This document shows positions 1 to 14,658 of a DNA stretch of 64,000 nucleotides, in pieces. Position 1 is the first letter of the stretch, and every line of letters starts with the position of its first letter. The DNA is taken from positions 17,174,001 to 17,238,000 of the forward strand of contig OZ241831.1 in the NCBI GenBank assembly GCA_965202585.1, given 5' to 3'. A program made the position numbers and the translations under genes. This DNA is from Thalia democratica. Taxonomy: Eukaryota. Below the pieces are notes generated by a model, which worked only from the letters and a program-made list of their open reading frames with translations, was not told the DNA's origin and ran no database searches.

Positions 1-2011
1 AAAAACTAATTGGGCGTGTTAATTGTTCTTATGTAAAGTTAATTAGTTTACCTTTGGTTAGCTAGGTATAAGTAAAAGAAATTAGTAGATTACGTAAACA
101 AAATTTCATGGTAAAAAAAGTGTATAAAAACTTTAATGGAAAGATATTATAAAATAACAAAACCAAATTTTTGCTTCAAAAACATAAAATAATAACAACA
201 GACATTACAAATCGTATAGAGCTTTTTGTTAATCTTTTTCCAGTGAAAAAGTTGGTACTTTGCTGATGTCTACAGGTATTCATGACTTCGTTTCTTCTGT
301 TGATACAGTTCCTTTTCTCCTTTAAAATTGTTAGGGTTACTGTTATATAAAAGTTTGCAAGTGTCTTTTCTTTGTCTAATTTTTCAAATTTGTCTGATTA
401 TTTTCCAAAAGATGTCATATTCTTGGTTTTTTTTAATTTGTGAACCTTTTTAGATAGTTTGATTGAGTTCATATATTTTAGATGGTTCTTCTGATTTGGG
501 TTAGTCTTAAATGTTGTTTTATGCACTGCGATTCTTTTTTTGACTTCGTTTTCTCTTAGACCTATAAATACTTTATTGTCGTTGTTAGACTATATTTTGG
601 CTTCATGTATGACATTTTCTTTTCTACATTTATTGTTTTTTAATGAAAATTCGTGTTTTTTTTCTGCAGCTGCACTTTTTTGAACTATTTTTATCTTTAT
701 TGGCTGAAGGATCTTTGAGTTATGACGTTTTATAATGTTTTCAATGTTAATCATGAAAACATTAAAAATTTCTTTATTTTACTGTTTTCACCAAAATGTT
801 TGTTTTTTATGTTGATGAAATTTCTGCCTATGTTTGTTTTTGCCTTGTCATATGGGGGACTAAACCACAATATTTTTGTTTTCTATTTTTACCTTTTTTG
901 GTTGTGATATTATTCTTATCGATGTATTTAGACTTTTTGCTGTATCTACATCTTTGTTGTATTCGTTATTTGTTTGGTTTTCTGTATAAATGGATTGTTC
1001 TATTTCTTGAACTTAGGTTTAGATAAAGGTAATTTATTTAATATGCTTGGTTTTCCAATTCAATTTTAATCCCTTTTTGTTTGCATATTCGTGCATTTTC
1101 TTCTTGATTTTTGTGATATCTGGTCCACTTGTAATTTTTTCAAACGCTATAAGCCCATCATCTCAATAATTACCGACTTTTATTACATTTAGTTTATTTT
1201 TTATACCATTTAGTATGTATAAGCATACTATCTCGTAAATTTCAGCAATGTGCTTTCCTCCCATGGTTACGTCAAATAGTTTATTGGTGTTGTTATTGTT
1301 TGTTTTCATCCAAATTTTCTGTTGATGGTAAAGTACGGATTTTGTTGCACTCATTACTACTTTGATTCTATGATCTTCTATTTTTTCATATAGTTGTCCG
1401 GAGGTTAATGCTTTTCTTAGAAGGCTTTCACTGATGCTGGGATAAAAATTGATGATGTCGAATTTAAGCAGTTTATATGTATATTTTTCTAAGTTTTTGA
1501 ACCAGGTTAGGACCTCGTCAGAGCTTATCTATTGATTAAATTCTTTTTTGCTTCGTAATTGTTTGTTTATATTGTCGATTATTCTCTTACTAATAATTCA
1601 CAAACTAAAAAAAAGCCAATAATATAAATAATCAAGCAAATCCAAAAAAACAGACAAGGTAAAGACACCTGCAAACTTTGTATAACAGAGGCCCTAACAA
1701 TTTTAGAGGAGAAAAGGAACGGTATCAACAGAAGAAACGAACTCATGAACACCTGTAGACATCAAGCAAAATACCTACTTAAAAACTGGAATAACAAAAA
1801 TAAAATGCTCTATACAGTTTGTAATGTCTGTTGTACTTATTTTTATGTTTTTGTAGCAAAAACTTGTTTTTGTTATTTTTTTATGTATTTTCGTGTAAAT
1901 TTTTAAAAACTTTTTTTTTTCCAAGAAATTTTGTTTACGTTATCTACTAATTTCTTTTACTTATACCTAATTAACTTTACTTAAAACAATAAACACGTCT
2001 AATTAGTTTTT
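1..2011 (-). mobile_element. Penelope-like retroelement (decayed RT + GIY-YIG endonuclease) with ~400-bp inverted terminal repeats
   Basis: Minus-strand fragments: FDVTMGGKHIAEIYEIVCLYIL (PLE RT, cf. FDVTMGSFDGAEICELVG), Y*DDGLIAF (YRDDG motif), VFIGLRENEVKKRIAVHKTTF and NCINRRNEVMNTCRH (GIY-YIG). Stops and frameshifts present. 1-~405 is the reverse complement of ~1625-2011. The left end coincides with the window edge. Confidence 0.88.
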
Positions 2012-4718
2012 TAATTTTCAATATAAATACAGCCATATGTAGTGATTTTGCAAGATTATTTTGACTGAAGAGCACAGGTAGTAATACCACTGAAAACCTC
2101 TAGTTTTAGAATAAACTTAAATCTTTGAATTGTTAATCTAATGCTCTTTAAAGTTTTTTAAGTTGAGCAGAGTTCTATTTGATTATTTTAAAGTGTTTGA
2201 ATATAAATCTAAATATAAAAAGGAAAAAAAAACTGTTAAACTTAAAAAAATATTATAACTAATTGTTCTAATAGAACTGTTCAAAATTCAGATTATATGC
2301 TAAAAGTTTAATTCGGTTTAAAAAACTTAAACTTAAAAAAAAATTTAAGTTACCTAAATTACTATTTGTTATAAGTTTCTAAAACTTTGGTTAAGGTTAA
2401 GAGTAAAGGTTAAAAAATGTATGTAAAATCAGTTGAATATGTAATAATTAGTTTTATTACTGTAATAGTACTATTACTCATAGTCATAATCATAAACTTA
2501 AAAAAATATTCTGAGAAAGAACGATAAGTTTTAGTGCACTAAAACTTACTAGAAAAGTTTAGCCCTGAAACTTATTAAATACACTATGATGTTTTTATAT
2601 TAAACTAGGTCTTTAATTAAATTATTTTTTGAAACAATCACTTTTTAACATACTTTAATACAAAATATTATTTAATTATAGATTTTTCAATAAGCTAAAA
2701 AATAATGAAGTCTTTTTTGTTTAAGTCTAGTTTAGTGAAAAATTTTCTTTCATATCAAAATTTGTCAAGATTAGATAATTGACGGTCTAAGTTTAAGAAC
2801 TATTATTATTGTTTTAGTTAAAGTTTATTAAATGACAAAAAAATGCTTAAAATATTTGGTCTTAGGACCTGGTGCACGAAGAACCTTTCGGTTATCGAGT
2901 ATAATAAACATAATATTTACAATTTTTAAATTTAAACGAAATTCAAGTTCAGGTAACTATAATAAAAATGTTTTGTTATCCTATTTGAGCCTCGTTCTTT
3001 TTACTTCGTTTTTAAAATCACAATGTTTTAATTGTTAGTTATATTGTTTGTTACAGTATTAAAAGTTTTTGATAAAAAAATGTTAATTTTTCTTTTGGTA
3101 AACAAATGGCTACTTTTCAAAACTGAAGACTAGTTCACAACCCTGTGAAAATTTGACATTAAGTTAACAAAGCTAATTGTTATAATCCTATCTTTAAAAT
3201 TTATAAAATGTTTTAATTGCTTTATTTTTAGAATTAAACTCTCAATAAGAAACTTAACTTTCAAATCTTATACTAAAAAGCAACACGAAAACTTTCAACA
3301 AAAAAAAATGTTTTCAAACGTTTCAGTTAATAGCAAGTTTTTACTAAAGAAGCGCTAAACTAACACGTTTTAAATAAACTTTATATACTGTTTATCACGG
3401 GGTCTTCAACCTTTTTTAAAGCTGTGAACAGTAAATTACAGGAAAATAAGAATGAGCACTAGAGTGCTTATAAAGTATAATATTTTGTAACTTTAAGATC
3501 TTACTATTCTAAATTCATGAAAAATCCTACAAATTCCTCGTCAAAGTTTAATGTGAGTTCATGAAATTTTAAGGAAGGCTTGGCTCGGTTTCCTAAAAAA
3601 AAACAATGTTTACTGTATGAAACCTTAAAATTTGTATTTTCACGTTTTTGCTTAAGATAGTTTCACATTTTTAATTTGCGATTGTTTGAAAAAAAAACAT
3701 TGAGCAGAATTAAAGACAGTTTGCCGAAAGTTTCACGGAGGTTTTTAATTTTTTATACTATTTCATTAATTTGATAAGTTAATAGATTTTTTTAATCAAG
3801 AACTGTTTTTCCGTAAAACTATCTTCAAATCGTCTTAAATTTCGCACAGTTTTTCTTTGTGATAGTTGCGACATGTAAAACTATTTTTAGCTAAAAACTT
3901 GAAGGTAAAAATTATAATGCTCTATACAGTAAAACTTGGAGTTGTTTTTAGAAAGCCGAACTAAGCCTTCATACAAATTTCTTCAATACTTATTAAACTC
4001 TGCATAAAATTATTTATGATATTTTATAAGCTTGAAAAATTGAAGAGCTGTAAGCTAAAAAATACCATATTTTATAATCATTCTTATATGCACACTAGAC
4101 TATATAAACTCTAAACATATAAAGTATTATATAACAGCGCCATTTTGTTATGTTTTTAGTGTCTTAATATATAAACAAAATATTATAAACTATTAATTTT
4201 TGTTTTAATTAGCCTTTTTCTGAAAAAAAAGGTCAAAATGAAAATGCATTTTTTTTTCACCTTACATAATTTTCTTTGAACAGTAAAATTTTATATACAC
4301 ACCGTAAAAATCACTACTCTTAAGTATAACTACATTTATTTAAGTATCAAATACTAACTTTGTAACTAAGCTATTGAGTGACAAAACTTATATTTTTTTA
4401 ACATAAACTAAAAAACTCAAGTGTTTAAGGGTCTTAATAAAAAAAAAACAAGCACATATGGATAAATGTATTACAGTTATGCTCATATGAAGTTTATTAT
4501 ACAGAAAATGGCAAGAAAAGTGACTTGTACAGAAATGATGAAAATGATCAGAAAATAACAGAAATGTAAAAAAGTTTAATAGTACGTTATATGATACAAT
4601 GTGAAAAGCGTTCTTAAAAGGATATTGTACTCATTTCAACAATTAAATTTATAATATTAGTAATAATTTATACATTTTGTTCTCAGTCGTACACTGTAGG
4701 ATACTTATATTTACTTAA

Positions 4719-7700
4719 TTATTCAATGTTTCTGTTTAATCTAATTTCTCTTGCTTTCCTAGCTCTTTCAAATGTTTCTTTTTGAAACTTTCTTCCTCTT
4801 TCGATCAACATTTTTGCCCGTTGACTCGCTTGTTTAGCATAGAAGTCGTATGCTTTCATATGAGTGTATGACTAAAAAAGTTAAATCGTAATTTTATCAA
4901 AAATATATATTATATATATTTAGATACACTAAATTTCATTTCAGTAATTATCTTAGTAGTAAATCTAGTAATAGATTTTTTGTATACCTAAATAATATAA
5001 AGTAAAATAAATGTTTTTTGTTGATTATTGTTTTAAATTATTTATTATTTACTCTTAAAAACTTAGTAGTATAATTTATTTAAACTATCATTGAAAGTTT
5101 TACAAAAAAATTTATTAGAAGAACTACATTGCATTCTTCTCAGAAAAAACACTTACTGTATCTTCGACTTGACAACCGAAATCTGAAGTAGACGGAGTTT
5201 TCTCGTCATAAGTTTTACTCTGAAATTTTTTGTTTTATACAAGACTATACGGTAAACTAAAAATTATATAACAACGTTATATTGTCAAAACCACTTAATT
5301 AAGAAAGTATATCTACAATCTTTACTTTATACAAATATCGCAAGTCAAATAGAAAACTAAAAAAATATATGACTAGCAATTAATAAAATTACCTCTGTAA
5401 CATCTGCTTGACACGTGAACTCTTTCATTTTTATCTTTTTAGTCTGAGTCTAAACAACGGTTAAATATATTTTTGATAGTTTTCAGTGAGCTTTATAAAT
5501 TTATATATTATCATAACTATCATTCATAATTACTTTATCATCTATAATTATCACATTTATATTCAAACGATAATAATAACTATTAGTTGATGTTAAAAAT
5601 ACTAAGCTAAAACCGTAAAAATAACATTAATTTACTTTTTTGGTAACAAGGTCACTTTTTAGACTTTCTTTTTTGTTTTTTTCAACTGACTGTAACATTT
5701 CCTGAAGCTAGAATTAAGTTACTTTTCTTAAAACAATGTTTGAATAAATTATGTCTCTCAAATAATTAATTTTATTTTATATACTGATAAGTAAAACTAA
5801 GTTATACTCTAAAATATTACAAAATTACTGAATAAATTGAATTTGATAGTAAATTAGGCATTAGTAAAAACTAAAATATTAAAAAAAAAACAATTTGTAT
5901 CAAATATTAAATAAAAAGTAAGTTTTTTAAAGTTAGAATTTTGAGAAAACGTACAATTTTTTCTGCTTTTTCTTTTTCTTGTTTGATAACATTGTTTTTA
6001 AGATGTAATTCTTCATTTTTTACATTTAAATCTGCAACCTAAAGAATAATAAAAACTTATTAAAACAAGACCCATTATTAATAATTTATAGTTTGTTGAA
6101 CATAAAAAAGACGCTCAAAATATTTGGTCCTAGAACCTGGTGCACGAAGAATATTTTAGTTATCGAATCGCACACCACGGATACCTTTTAACGTCTTGTC
6201 CAGGACAATATATACATCTTTATACTACTAAAATAACTAATAAAAATGTTTTTAATGTGCAGTATTTTGAACTTTTAACTTTTAGTAGTTTTACTTATCA
6301 GTTTTTGTTTTATTATTTTCAAAAACTTAATTATATTAGATACAACTTTAAATGATAGCAAATTTTGAAAACATCAATTTTTTAATAACATTGTGTAAAA
6401 CACTTTATAAGTTTTATACCTAGACTTATTTATAGCAAAAAGATCTTACTCATTTAGATAAGTTTTTAGAGAAAAAATTCAGTTACCTCATTTTTTAGTT
6501 CTTTAATCTTATTCTTTTCGTTTTTGCGTTTGTTTTTAAGCTCATCAACTTTTTTTTCTAGCTTTTGTACTTGTGAATCTTTATCACTATATATCAAAAA
6601 ATTCTACTATTACCACATACACTAAAGAAGTAAAAAAACTTCATTACTATGGCTTTACTTAGTTTATCTTTTTATCATCTAATAAAGCTACATCTTTTAT
6701 AAGGTTTTAAAATGTTTTTGATATTTGTTTTTCTACAAAATATTTGAAATTTGTGTTTAGTAGTTTTTTAACTAATACTCAATGGTCTTAAACAAAATAA
6801 ATTTTGATTAAAGTGTTTTATTCATTATATAAACCTGTATCAAACTAAAACAAGGCTATGTAAAAAAGTTATATTTTTTATAATTTAATAAATTAAGCAT
6901 TTTTTATAAAGAAGATCTTAAATTGAAAGTATTTTAGATTAAACTATTTTAATCATTTATAAACTTTTATAAAAGTTTAATATGGCTGTATAGAAAAAAG
7001 ATTAAACTCATAATTTAATTATTAAAGCATTTGTATTTAAAGGAGTTCATTATCGTGACTAAAACTTATTTTTGACCTTTTTTCATTTATAGCGTTTTCT
7101 TGAAGTGTAAATATTTCATCTTCTAAAGAAAGTTTTTCATTGTTTGCCTTCTCAATTTCTAGTTGCATCTTCTTAATTCGATGTTGCAAAGCAATTATAT
7201 GCCTGTTTTTATCCTTGCCTTTAATTTTTGCTCGTATCAAGTTACGTCTAAGTCTTCTTAGGTTTGCCTGTAATTGTAAAATTTCATTTCATTTAAATTA
7301 CATACCGTAACGTAATTACTAAAATTAAAGTTACTATAGTAAGGATATAACCAAATATTTTTAGTCGATCAACTGTTGTAAGTTTTTAGTATTATTTGCT
7401 TTGACTAATAAATACTTAAACTTATCAATATAATTAAAATTGCCAGATAAAATCTATTTCATAAAATATAGGACACATCTAAAAAAAAATTTTTTTTTAA
7501 GTTTAGTTGTGCCTATTTCACAATAAGTAAGTAATATCAATTAGTATGAAATGAATAAGAAGTTAAGTGAAAAGATAAAACTTTTTTTTTATTAAACTTG
7601 TCTTTTTATTTACAAACATTGATAATTACGGTCGTCCCTTTTTACATTTATTTTTTCAAATGCTTACAAACCTTAAGTTTAATGATTCTATCTTCGCACA

Positions 7701-10700
7701 CTCTGAACATTTCCGGGCTGAGCAGATCGCACTGAGTTGCCATGGTTTCAAATGAAACTTCATCGACTAAACTCGTTGATTGCGCGTCATCCCACGTCAG
7801 ATACGATTGCGCGTCGCAGTTCTGAATGACGTCATAGTTCCTGTCGCTCTCGTCATAACCATTCATCGATTCTTCTACTTCACTCTTTGCGAAGTCATAG
7901 TCCGTGACACTGATGGTAACAAGCTTGTTTCCGTCGCGCATCGAAAGCTGGAAGTCGGAGTCGCACGAACCGGAAATTAAGCTTCCATCCGTTGTTATGA
8001 CGTCATTGCCTCGAAAGTTTATTACTTCATCCTTGTACTGACCTTGGAGCAACCTAGAATAATGTTAAGTATTATTTTTAAAGTGTATATCTTGGATTAA
8101 TTTAAAAGCTTGTTTTTTTATGTTCTAAAAATTAGAGAAACTGTTAATAAAAACTTAAAATTTTGCGTTTTATTACAAAAAAATGTAAAGTCAGAGTTTT
8201 AAATTTATCTATCTATTTGCAAACCTATTTGCAAGACTTAATCGATTGAAACTGTTGATTGATTCCAAATCAGACTCGTTAGTTTTATTGATCAATTGGT
8301 CTTTCAAGTTATTTAAACACTGGTCGAGTGTTTTCAAGAGAATTTTAATTCTTGTATCTCCCTATAAATAAACAGTTTAAACTTTACAAATCTACTTTAC
8401 ACTTGAAAATAAAAACTTATAAAACTTTTTTTTTATTTGAACTAAAGTTACATTACATAAATTGATCTGTATGAGTACTATATCGTATATTACAAGCTAA
8501 AAACAAACTTAATTTCGTACTTAATAACTTGATTTAAAAAAACTGTTTTCCAGTTATCAAAAAATATTCTTAATATTAGTATAATTTTAAAAACTTAAAT
8601 AAACTTAGATTGCATCTTATTTTACATAAGTTATCATGGAATTTCGAAAATGTAATTTTTACGTTAAAATTTTCCCTTACGTAACCAAAAAAAATCTTCA
8701 CTTATCTTAAGTAATTCAAAACAAATTTAATGTACAATTTAAATTCCAGAAGAAATTAAAAACGCTGTTCTGTAAAGTTTTTTTTAGCTAACTTTTTATT
8801 TCCATTTACTTATTTTAAAAAACATGTGCAGTATGTATTTAAAATCTTAAAATAGAATAGATTTAGAGATGCATTTTTGTTTGCAAAACTATAACAAATA
8901 GTTTAAAAACCGTAATTTAGAGGTTTTAAAAATTAGCAGTTTTTAAAAAAATAAAATATATATTTTAAAATTATTTTTTACAGTGATATTTTATTAAACT
9001 ATAAACTTGTTAAACTATTTAATCTATAAAAACTAGTTTTTAGTACGGATATGTTAAATAAGTTACGTTAAAAAAAGTTAAAAAGTAAGTTAAACAATCA
9101 CTTACGTTATTGTTTTTGGTAACTGCATCGTCAACTTCTAAGCTTTCACCTTTATGTAAATAATATTTATAATTATTCACAAAAAAATAGTGTATACAAA
9201 ATTGAAATGAAAGTTTAATATATTCAGTACAAAAAATCTGGCATTATAAAAGTTATAGTTTTAAACTGTAGATTTCTGCCATAAAGTTAACAACTGCTTG
9301 AAATTGAAGTTTTTATTTATTTATACTTTAAGTATATTTAGTCATTAAATTAGAATAAAATAGTTTAGCTAAATAAAATAACGATTTTATTATTGTTAAT
9401 AAGAAACATTTAGCTTTTCCAAGTGTATTTTCTATAGTTAATTTTTAGTGTTTTTTACCAGTAAAAACTTATAAGCTAAAACTAAAACTGTTTTTATACG
9501 TTTTAAAACAGAGAAAGGAGTAATTGAAATTAGTCTAAGCAGATGTTTGAATTTTTTGTAAACCTATAAAAATGAAGATAAGTTTGATGCGACAAAACGA
9601 ATTGCTTAAACTCAAATTAATATAAGTCAAAATATGATCACATGACTAAATAAACTGTGACCTAAAGTACAGTTTAAGTTTGATTGTGGTTGTTGTTTTG
9701 ATTTGTCTAAGCGAAAATGGCCGTATTTATAATATACAAAACTGGAAGTATTAATTTAATTTAATTGCATTAAAATAATGTTATATTAAGTTTTATTTTT
9801 CTTATGCCTGCTTTTTTAATAGTATGTAACAATGAAAATAACTTTGTTAATTATGTATTAAAAGAGTAAATAAATCAACCGTTGTTATTTTCATCTGCAT
9901 ACTGTCTTCTTTTCTCCAAATAAGTAATCAGGTCTTCGCAAACTTGCAGTAAAATTTTCTTTTGTTTGATGGCTGACCTACCTCTTTTCTGTTCAAGTAA
10001 GTTTGCAGTTGAATTAAATAAAGTGAGTTTTATTGTTTCATGTGAACTGATAAAACTACGTAGACTTAAAATTAAAAACTTATCATAAAACATGAATTCA
10101 AAAAAAAAAACAACCTTGAAACCACGTTTACAAAGATCGCTGAGATGAACTTGCAATTCTTCAACAAAGTCCATCAACCATACTTCATCATCTACATCGT
10201 CTATAATTCGCGTTTCAATAACTAAACTCTTCAGCTGTTAAATTTTTACGTAAAACATTAAACGAAAAATAATTATGTTTGGTGTAAAATAAACTTGTAA
10301 AATTGTAATATAGTTTGTTTCTGTTAAACACAATTTTCAATGACATTGGATTTACAAGACAAAACTAAAGTACGTTGAACATAAGTAGGTTTTTAAACTA
10401 TTTTTCTTAAAAAAATAAAAACAGATCATTTTTTTCTTTATCTAAAACATCAATTAAATGAATTATAAATACCTTTGTCATTGTTTCGATCAAAACTGTG
10501 TTAATTTCTTTTTCGTCGTCTTTAACATCAGTAACATTCAAAGTTGCTTTTTGTAAAGTAAAATTTCCAATATCTAATTAAATTATCATAATTATTAAAA
10601 CATTTCGGTTTGAAATTAATCTCTCAAAAACAAACTTGTATTATCTTTTTGTTGTTCTTCACTCAATTTGCTTATTGTTGACAAGTTTTCAGAGTTCTGA

Positions 10701-11195
10701 AACTCAAGTTTACTATTGTTTCTAGCATTCCGTTTAATCATATCTCTGAACTGATCAGGAGTGCTAGTTCTTGCATATCTTGCGTTTAAGCTTGAAAAAA
10801 CAATAATTTTAGTGCTTTATATTACTGTATATAACAAAGATAACTACTGATATATTTTTACAGCTAATTATAATTAAAAAACCTTTGTAAAATATTAAAT
10901 TTATATCAAAAAATAAAGTAGTTTATTTGTTTCTGAATAATTTAGTTGAATCTGTTAGCATCATAAAATCTAATTCAAGAATTTTATTAATTAAGCTAGT
11001 TTTACTTTTAAATAATTAAAAAAATTACAACCAAAATCTATATCTGAATAAAAGTTCAAAACCTGTAATACTCGTCAAGTGTTGAGCTTCTAGATAATGT
11101 AGAGGCAGGGCTTGAAACTTTTACTGGTAGCATTTTGGTCGGATAACTTTCAATTGTTGGTGCCAGACTCATTACTGGCGAAAACATAACATTTT
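4719..11195 (-). CDS. Uncharacterised coiled-coil protein, >=632 aa, >=15 exons, 5' exons not identified
   Basis: Exons in transcript order: 11195-11063, 10790-10636, 10573-10473, 10234-10115, 9988-9880, 9149-9106, 8361-8225, 8053-7672, 7267-7077, 6586-6487, 6038-5955, 5707-5636, 5449-5393, 5219-5157, 4871-4719 (TAA). All junctions are GT-AG with continuous phase and no internal stop (1901 nt). The C-terminal third is K/E-rich and heptad-like. The 9988 acceptor is the least certain. A possible extra symmetric exon lies at 9706-9662. Confidence 0.85.
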
Positions 11196-14100
11196 CTGAA
11201 AAATGATTAAAAAATAGTAACAAAACAATTATATATATACATTACAATGAAAATTCAATCAAAATTATTTTAGTATAAACGTATAATGAAAGCTAAATGT
11301 TTGAATAGGCTAATAAAACAAACATTATTTCATAGTTTCCTGTTTTTTTTCAAAATCAATACTAAAAAACATTTCTGGAAAGAAACAAAAAGTAAAAAAA
11401 TCCATATTAAATATAACATCCATTTTTAATACAGCTCTGTGTTGTTAAACAAGACAAAAAACACAACATTTACATGGAAATGTTCCTTTGGTCTTAAACT
11501 TATATTATCACGTGAGCTACATTGTTCTGTCTATAAAAGTTAATACGAAATGTATGAAAAAGTAGCCCGAAGCAGTCTTTTACTGATTTAAAAGTATGCG
11601 ATTAATGAAGCGTACTAAATTATTGATGGCTGCTATTAACCTGCATAATATGAAACATTTATACGAATGAACTATTTTTCAAAATATATGCTTCAATTGT
11701 TTAAATATAGTAAGCAGCATACAAAAGTGTAACAAAAAACTGTGAAACTTTTGTTAAAATATCTTTGTTCATATAATGCAAAAACATCTTATGCCTTATT
11801 AAAATACAACTTATTTTAAAAATGTACTTTTCATAAAAGACTTGAATAATTTATAAAGACTGTAATGCCTTTGCAATCCTTTTTTCTAATTTCATTAACT
11901 ACTTAGCAAACTATTTGTTTCGAAATTTTTAAAAGTTTTGTTTGCGTTAAATTTGCAAATACCTTTTATCACCGCCTATTTACATAAAAAATTATGTTCA
12001 GAAACTTAGGTAACGACAGGCAAAATATTTGTGTTTTAGTATTAAAGTATATATACTCTTTAAAGTAATTGAACAAATTGTGAACACTTTCTTTTACTTA
12101 TTAAATCATTCTTGTTTTTGTTATTCATTGATCATTACTTTTTGATAATTATTAGCATCTAGTAAGATCATTTATTATTAGAAATTATCAACAACAAAAC
12201 AAAGCGCTCAATTTTTTTTTTCTAAAGACCTATAAATCTTTCGGTTATCAAATCATATCGCACTATGGATACCAAACATATAACTCAGTTTAAAAACAAC
12301 TTACAAAACAATGTTTTGTTGGTTATTATGCATTATTGGTCATTAGGGTTTTTAACTCCTTAGTAAAGCATAAACTTGTAGAAACGATTAAATCAAGCTT
12401 GTATTTAACCGTTGTAAAATTAATTAAATATTAAATTTTTTTTTATGACTTTAAATAAATATACATAAAACTAAGTGCTTTTTTTAATCATAACGTTTTT
12501 AAACTTTTTATTACTTCAGCACAGTATGTAGCAGTTTACGAGATTTATGTATAAAAGTAACAAGTTTCGTTAAGTGAATAACTTTTTTAAACAAAAGATA
12601 AAAAACAACTAAATAGTTAATACGTTTAATTATTTCCTAATTTTATTGAAAAATACCTTCTTTTTTTTTTAATTATACTTTAAAAATTAGGTTTTAAACA
12701 TACCACTGTATGAACTAATATACTTTAGTTATCATGTTTGTGAACTTAGTATTATTTCTAAACATCTAAAAAGTTTTGCAGATATATTGTTTACTATTTT
12801 AGAATAATATTACAAGTATGCTTTATAACTAAAAAAATAGACATAGTAAATTTCATCAAAAATTGTTTTTTTGCTGCTTTAAATAAATTTTGTAACATTT
12901 TAGAACAATTTTTTTAAATCATTTCGAACAGATAATAAAATTTGTTTAAAAATTTAAATTAAAAAGCTAATAAGTATTTTTTCCATTTTAACAAACAGAG
13001 AAACTTAAATTCTTTTTATAACTTATAGTTTTTTTAAAAATGGGTCGGCAAACTATTTAATTTGTCAAGTATATGTGAATGAATTAAAACAAATACATAA
13101 AGACTTTGTTGCTATTTTTTAATAATTTTAAAAGTTTTAACGATCCGCAAACATTTTTTTTCTTAAATCAGGCCCTTAGCTTACCGAAACTTGATTAAAG
13201 TTTTCAACTTATTTACTCATAACAAGTTTCAAAAAACCAAGTCAACACAATCAAATTAGTTTTGTTATGTAATTATTAGAAACTTAAAACTTATTAGTTT
13301 ATCACTTACGCATAATTGTTAAATACTTGTCTATTAAATTTAAGTTTTTATTTGTTAAAATTGACTTAGATTATTTTCTTTTATGTAGTGGAAAAATTCT
13401 AACAAAAAAGCAACAACAAAGAAAGTTGAAAAACATTTCGACATTTGATTAAATTATTGTTAGAAAGAACATTTTACACTTTAGATAGTACTATAAAATT
13501 ATATAAATCTTAGCTAGTAACTTTGTATTAATATTTTTCTAAAGTATATCTGATATAAAAAATTAAAATAAGAAAAAAACAAAAAAAACTAATGAAGTAA
13601 ATAAACTAAATAAATTAACTGAAAAATAATAAATTATAAATAAAAAGTACTAATAATCTATAAATAACAAAGTTTGATAACCGAAAAGTTTTTTATGCAC
13701 CACGTCCTAGGGCCAAATTTTTTTTTTGTTGTTCAATAAACTAAATAAACGAGTAGTTCTAATAAATTGAAACAAAACTAAGCCAACAAAAAAAAGTTTT
13801 AGTAACTTTTTTTTTCTAGGCTTACTGAAAGTTTACTGAAGAGGAGTTTTAAACCTGAAAGCAAATTAAAATTATAGTTTGTACAATAAAAATTTGTAGA
13901 TTTTTCTAAACAATCATTTGATTTTTTTTAATTATTGATGCCGTAGAAAAATCACAAACTAAAAATAGATTGTGTCTTTAACCGATTTAAACATAATATT
14001 CAGTAAATAAATATTGTTATTCTGCTTCTAGAATCTAGACTATAAATATTTTATAGATCCGGCTGGTTTGAGTGTCAAAAAAATAAGCCATGTGTAGCTA

Positions 14101-14658
14101 CACTGATCAATTGAACGCCTACTATAAGTTTTATGTTATTTAGTTTGCTTTTTGAAAGCACAATCGTAAAAAGTCTCTACAGATAAACTGAAGTGCCAAC
14201 AATAATTCACAAGTCAAAGTGAACGCACGGCAGTTTTTTGTCCTATACGAAATCAACTGATATATTTGCATAAATAGAGATAAATTTTCAGTTAAGACTT
14301 TATAAATAGATTTTAAACGAAGAAAGTTATAATGACACATTAGAAACTACATGTATTAAAAAAAGGTGAAGAAAAAAATATATTAAAACATAAAACAAAT
14401 ACGTACAGTATAATTACATAAAATTGTATCATAATTTAAACTGAAAAAAATTATAAACCCTACACTATTTTGTCTTGATAGTTACATATGTTAGAAAGCT
14501 GTATAAATTAGAGGGCTCAACACTATGTGTCTAGTTAGTTATGTAAAGAAGACTGTAATAAATATGTCAATGGTAAGTTTTATCAACTGTTAAAAGTTTT
14601 GTTAAAATATAACAAGCTAAGGAATATGTAAAGAATAACGATAAGGTATACATACTAC

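Noticed and set aside
260-310. GAAACGAAGTC on the minus strand as a hammerhead
   Set aside because: No CUGANGA box; the segment encodes the PLE endonuclease tail (NRRNEVMNTCRH).
722-1026. Plus-strand hydrophobic ORFs 722-907 and 796-1026
   Set aside because: Antisense shadows of the K/N-rich PLE reverse transcriptase.
6150-6185. B-box/CCA-like GTTATCGAATCGCACACCA as a tRNA or tRNA-derived SINE head
   Set aside because: No cloverleaf or A box could be built.
7780-7980. 66-aa plus-strand ORF
   Set aside because: Antisense to exon 8053-7672.
9875-10177. 100-aa ORF as a single exon
   Set aside because: It reads through a T-rich stretch better explained as an intron (10114-9989) between two phase-compatible exons.
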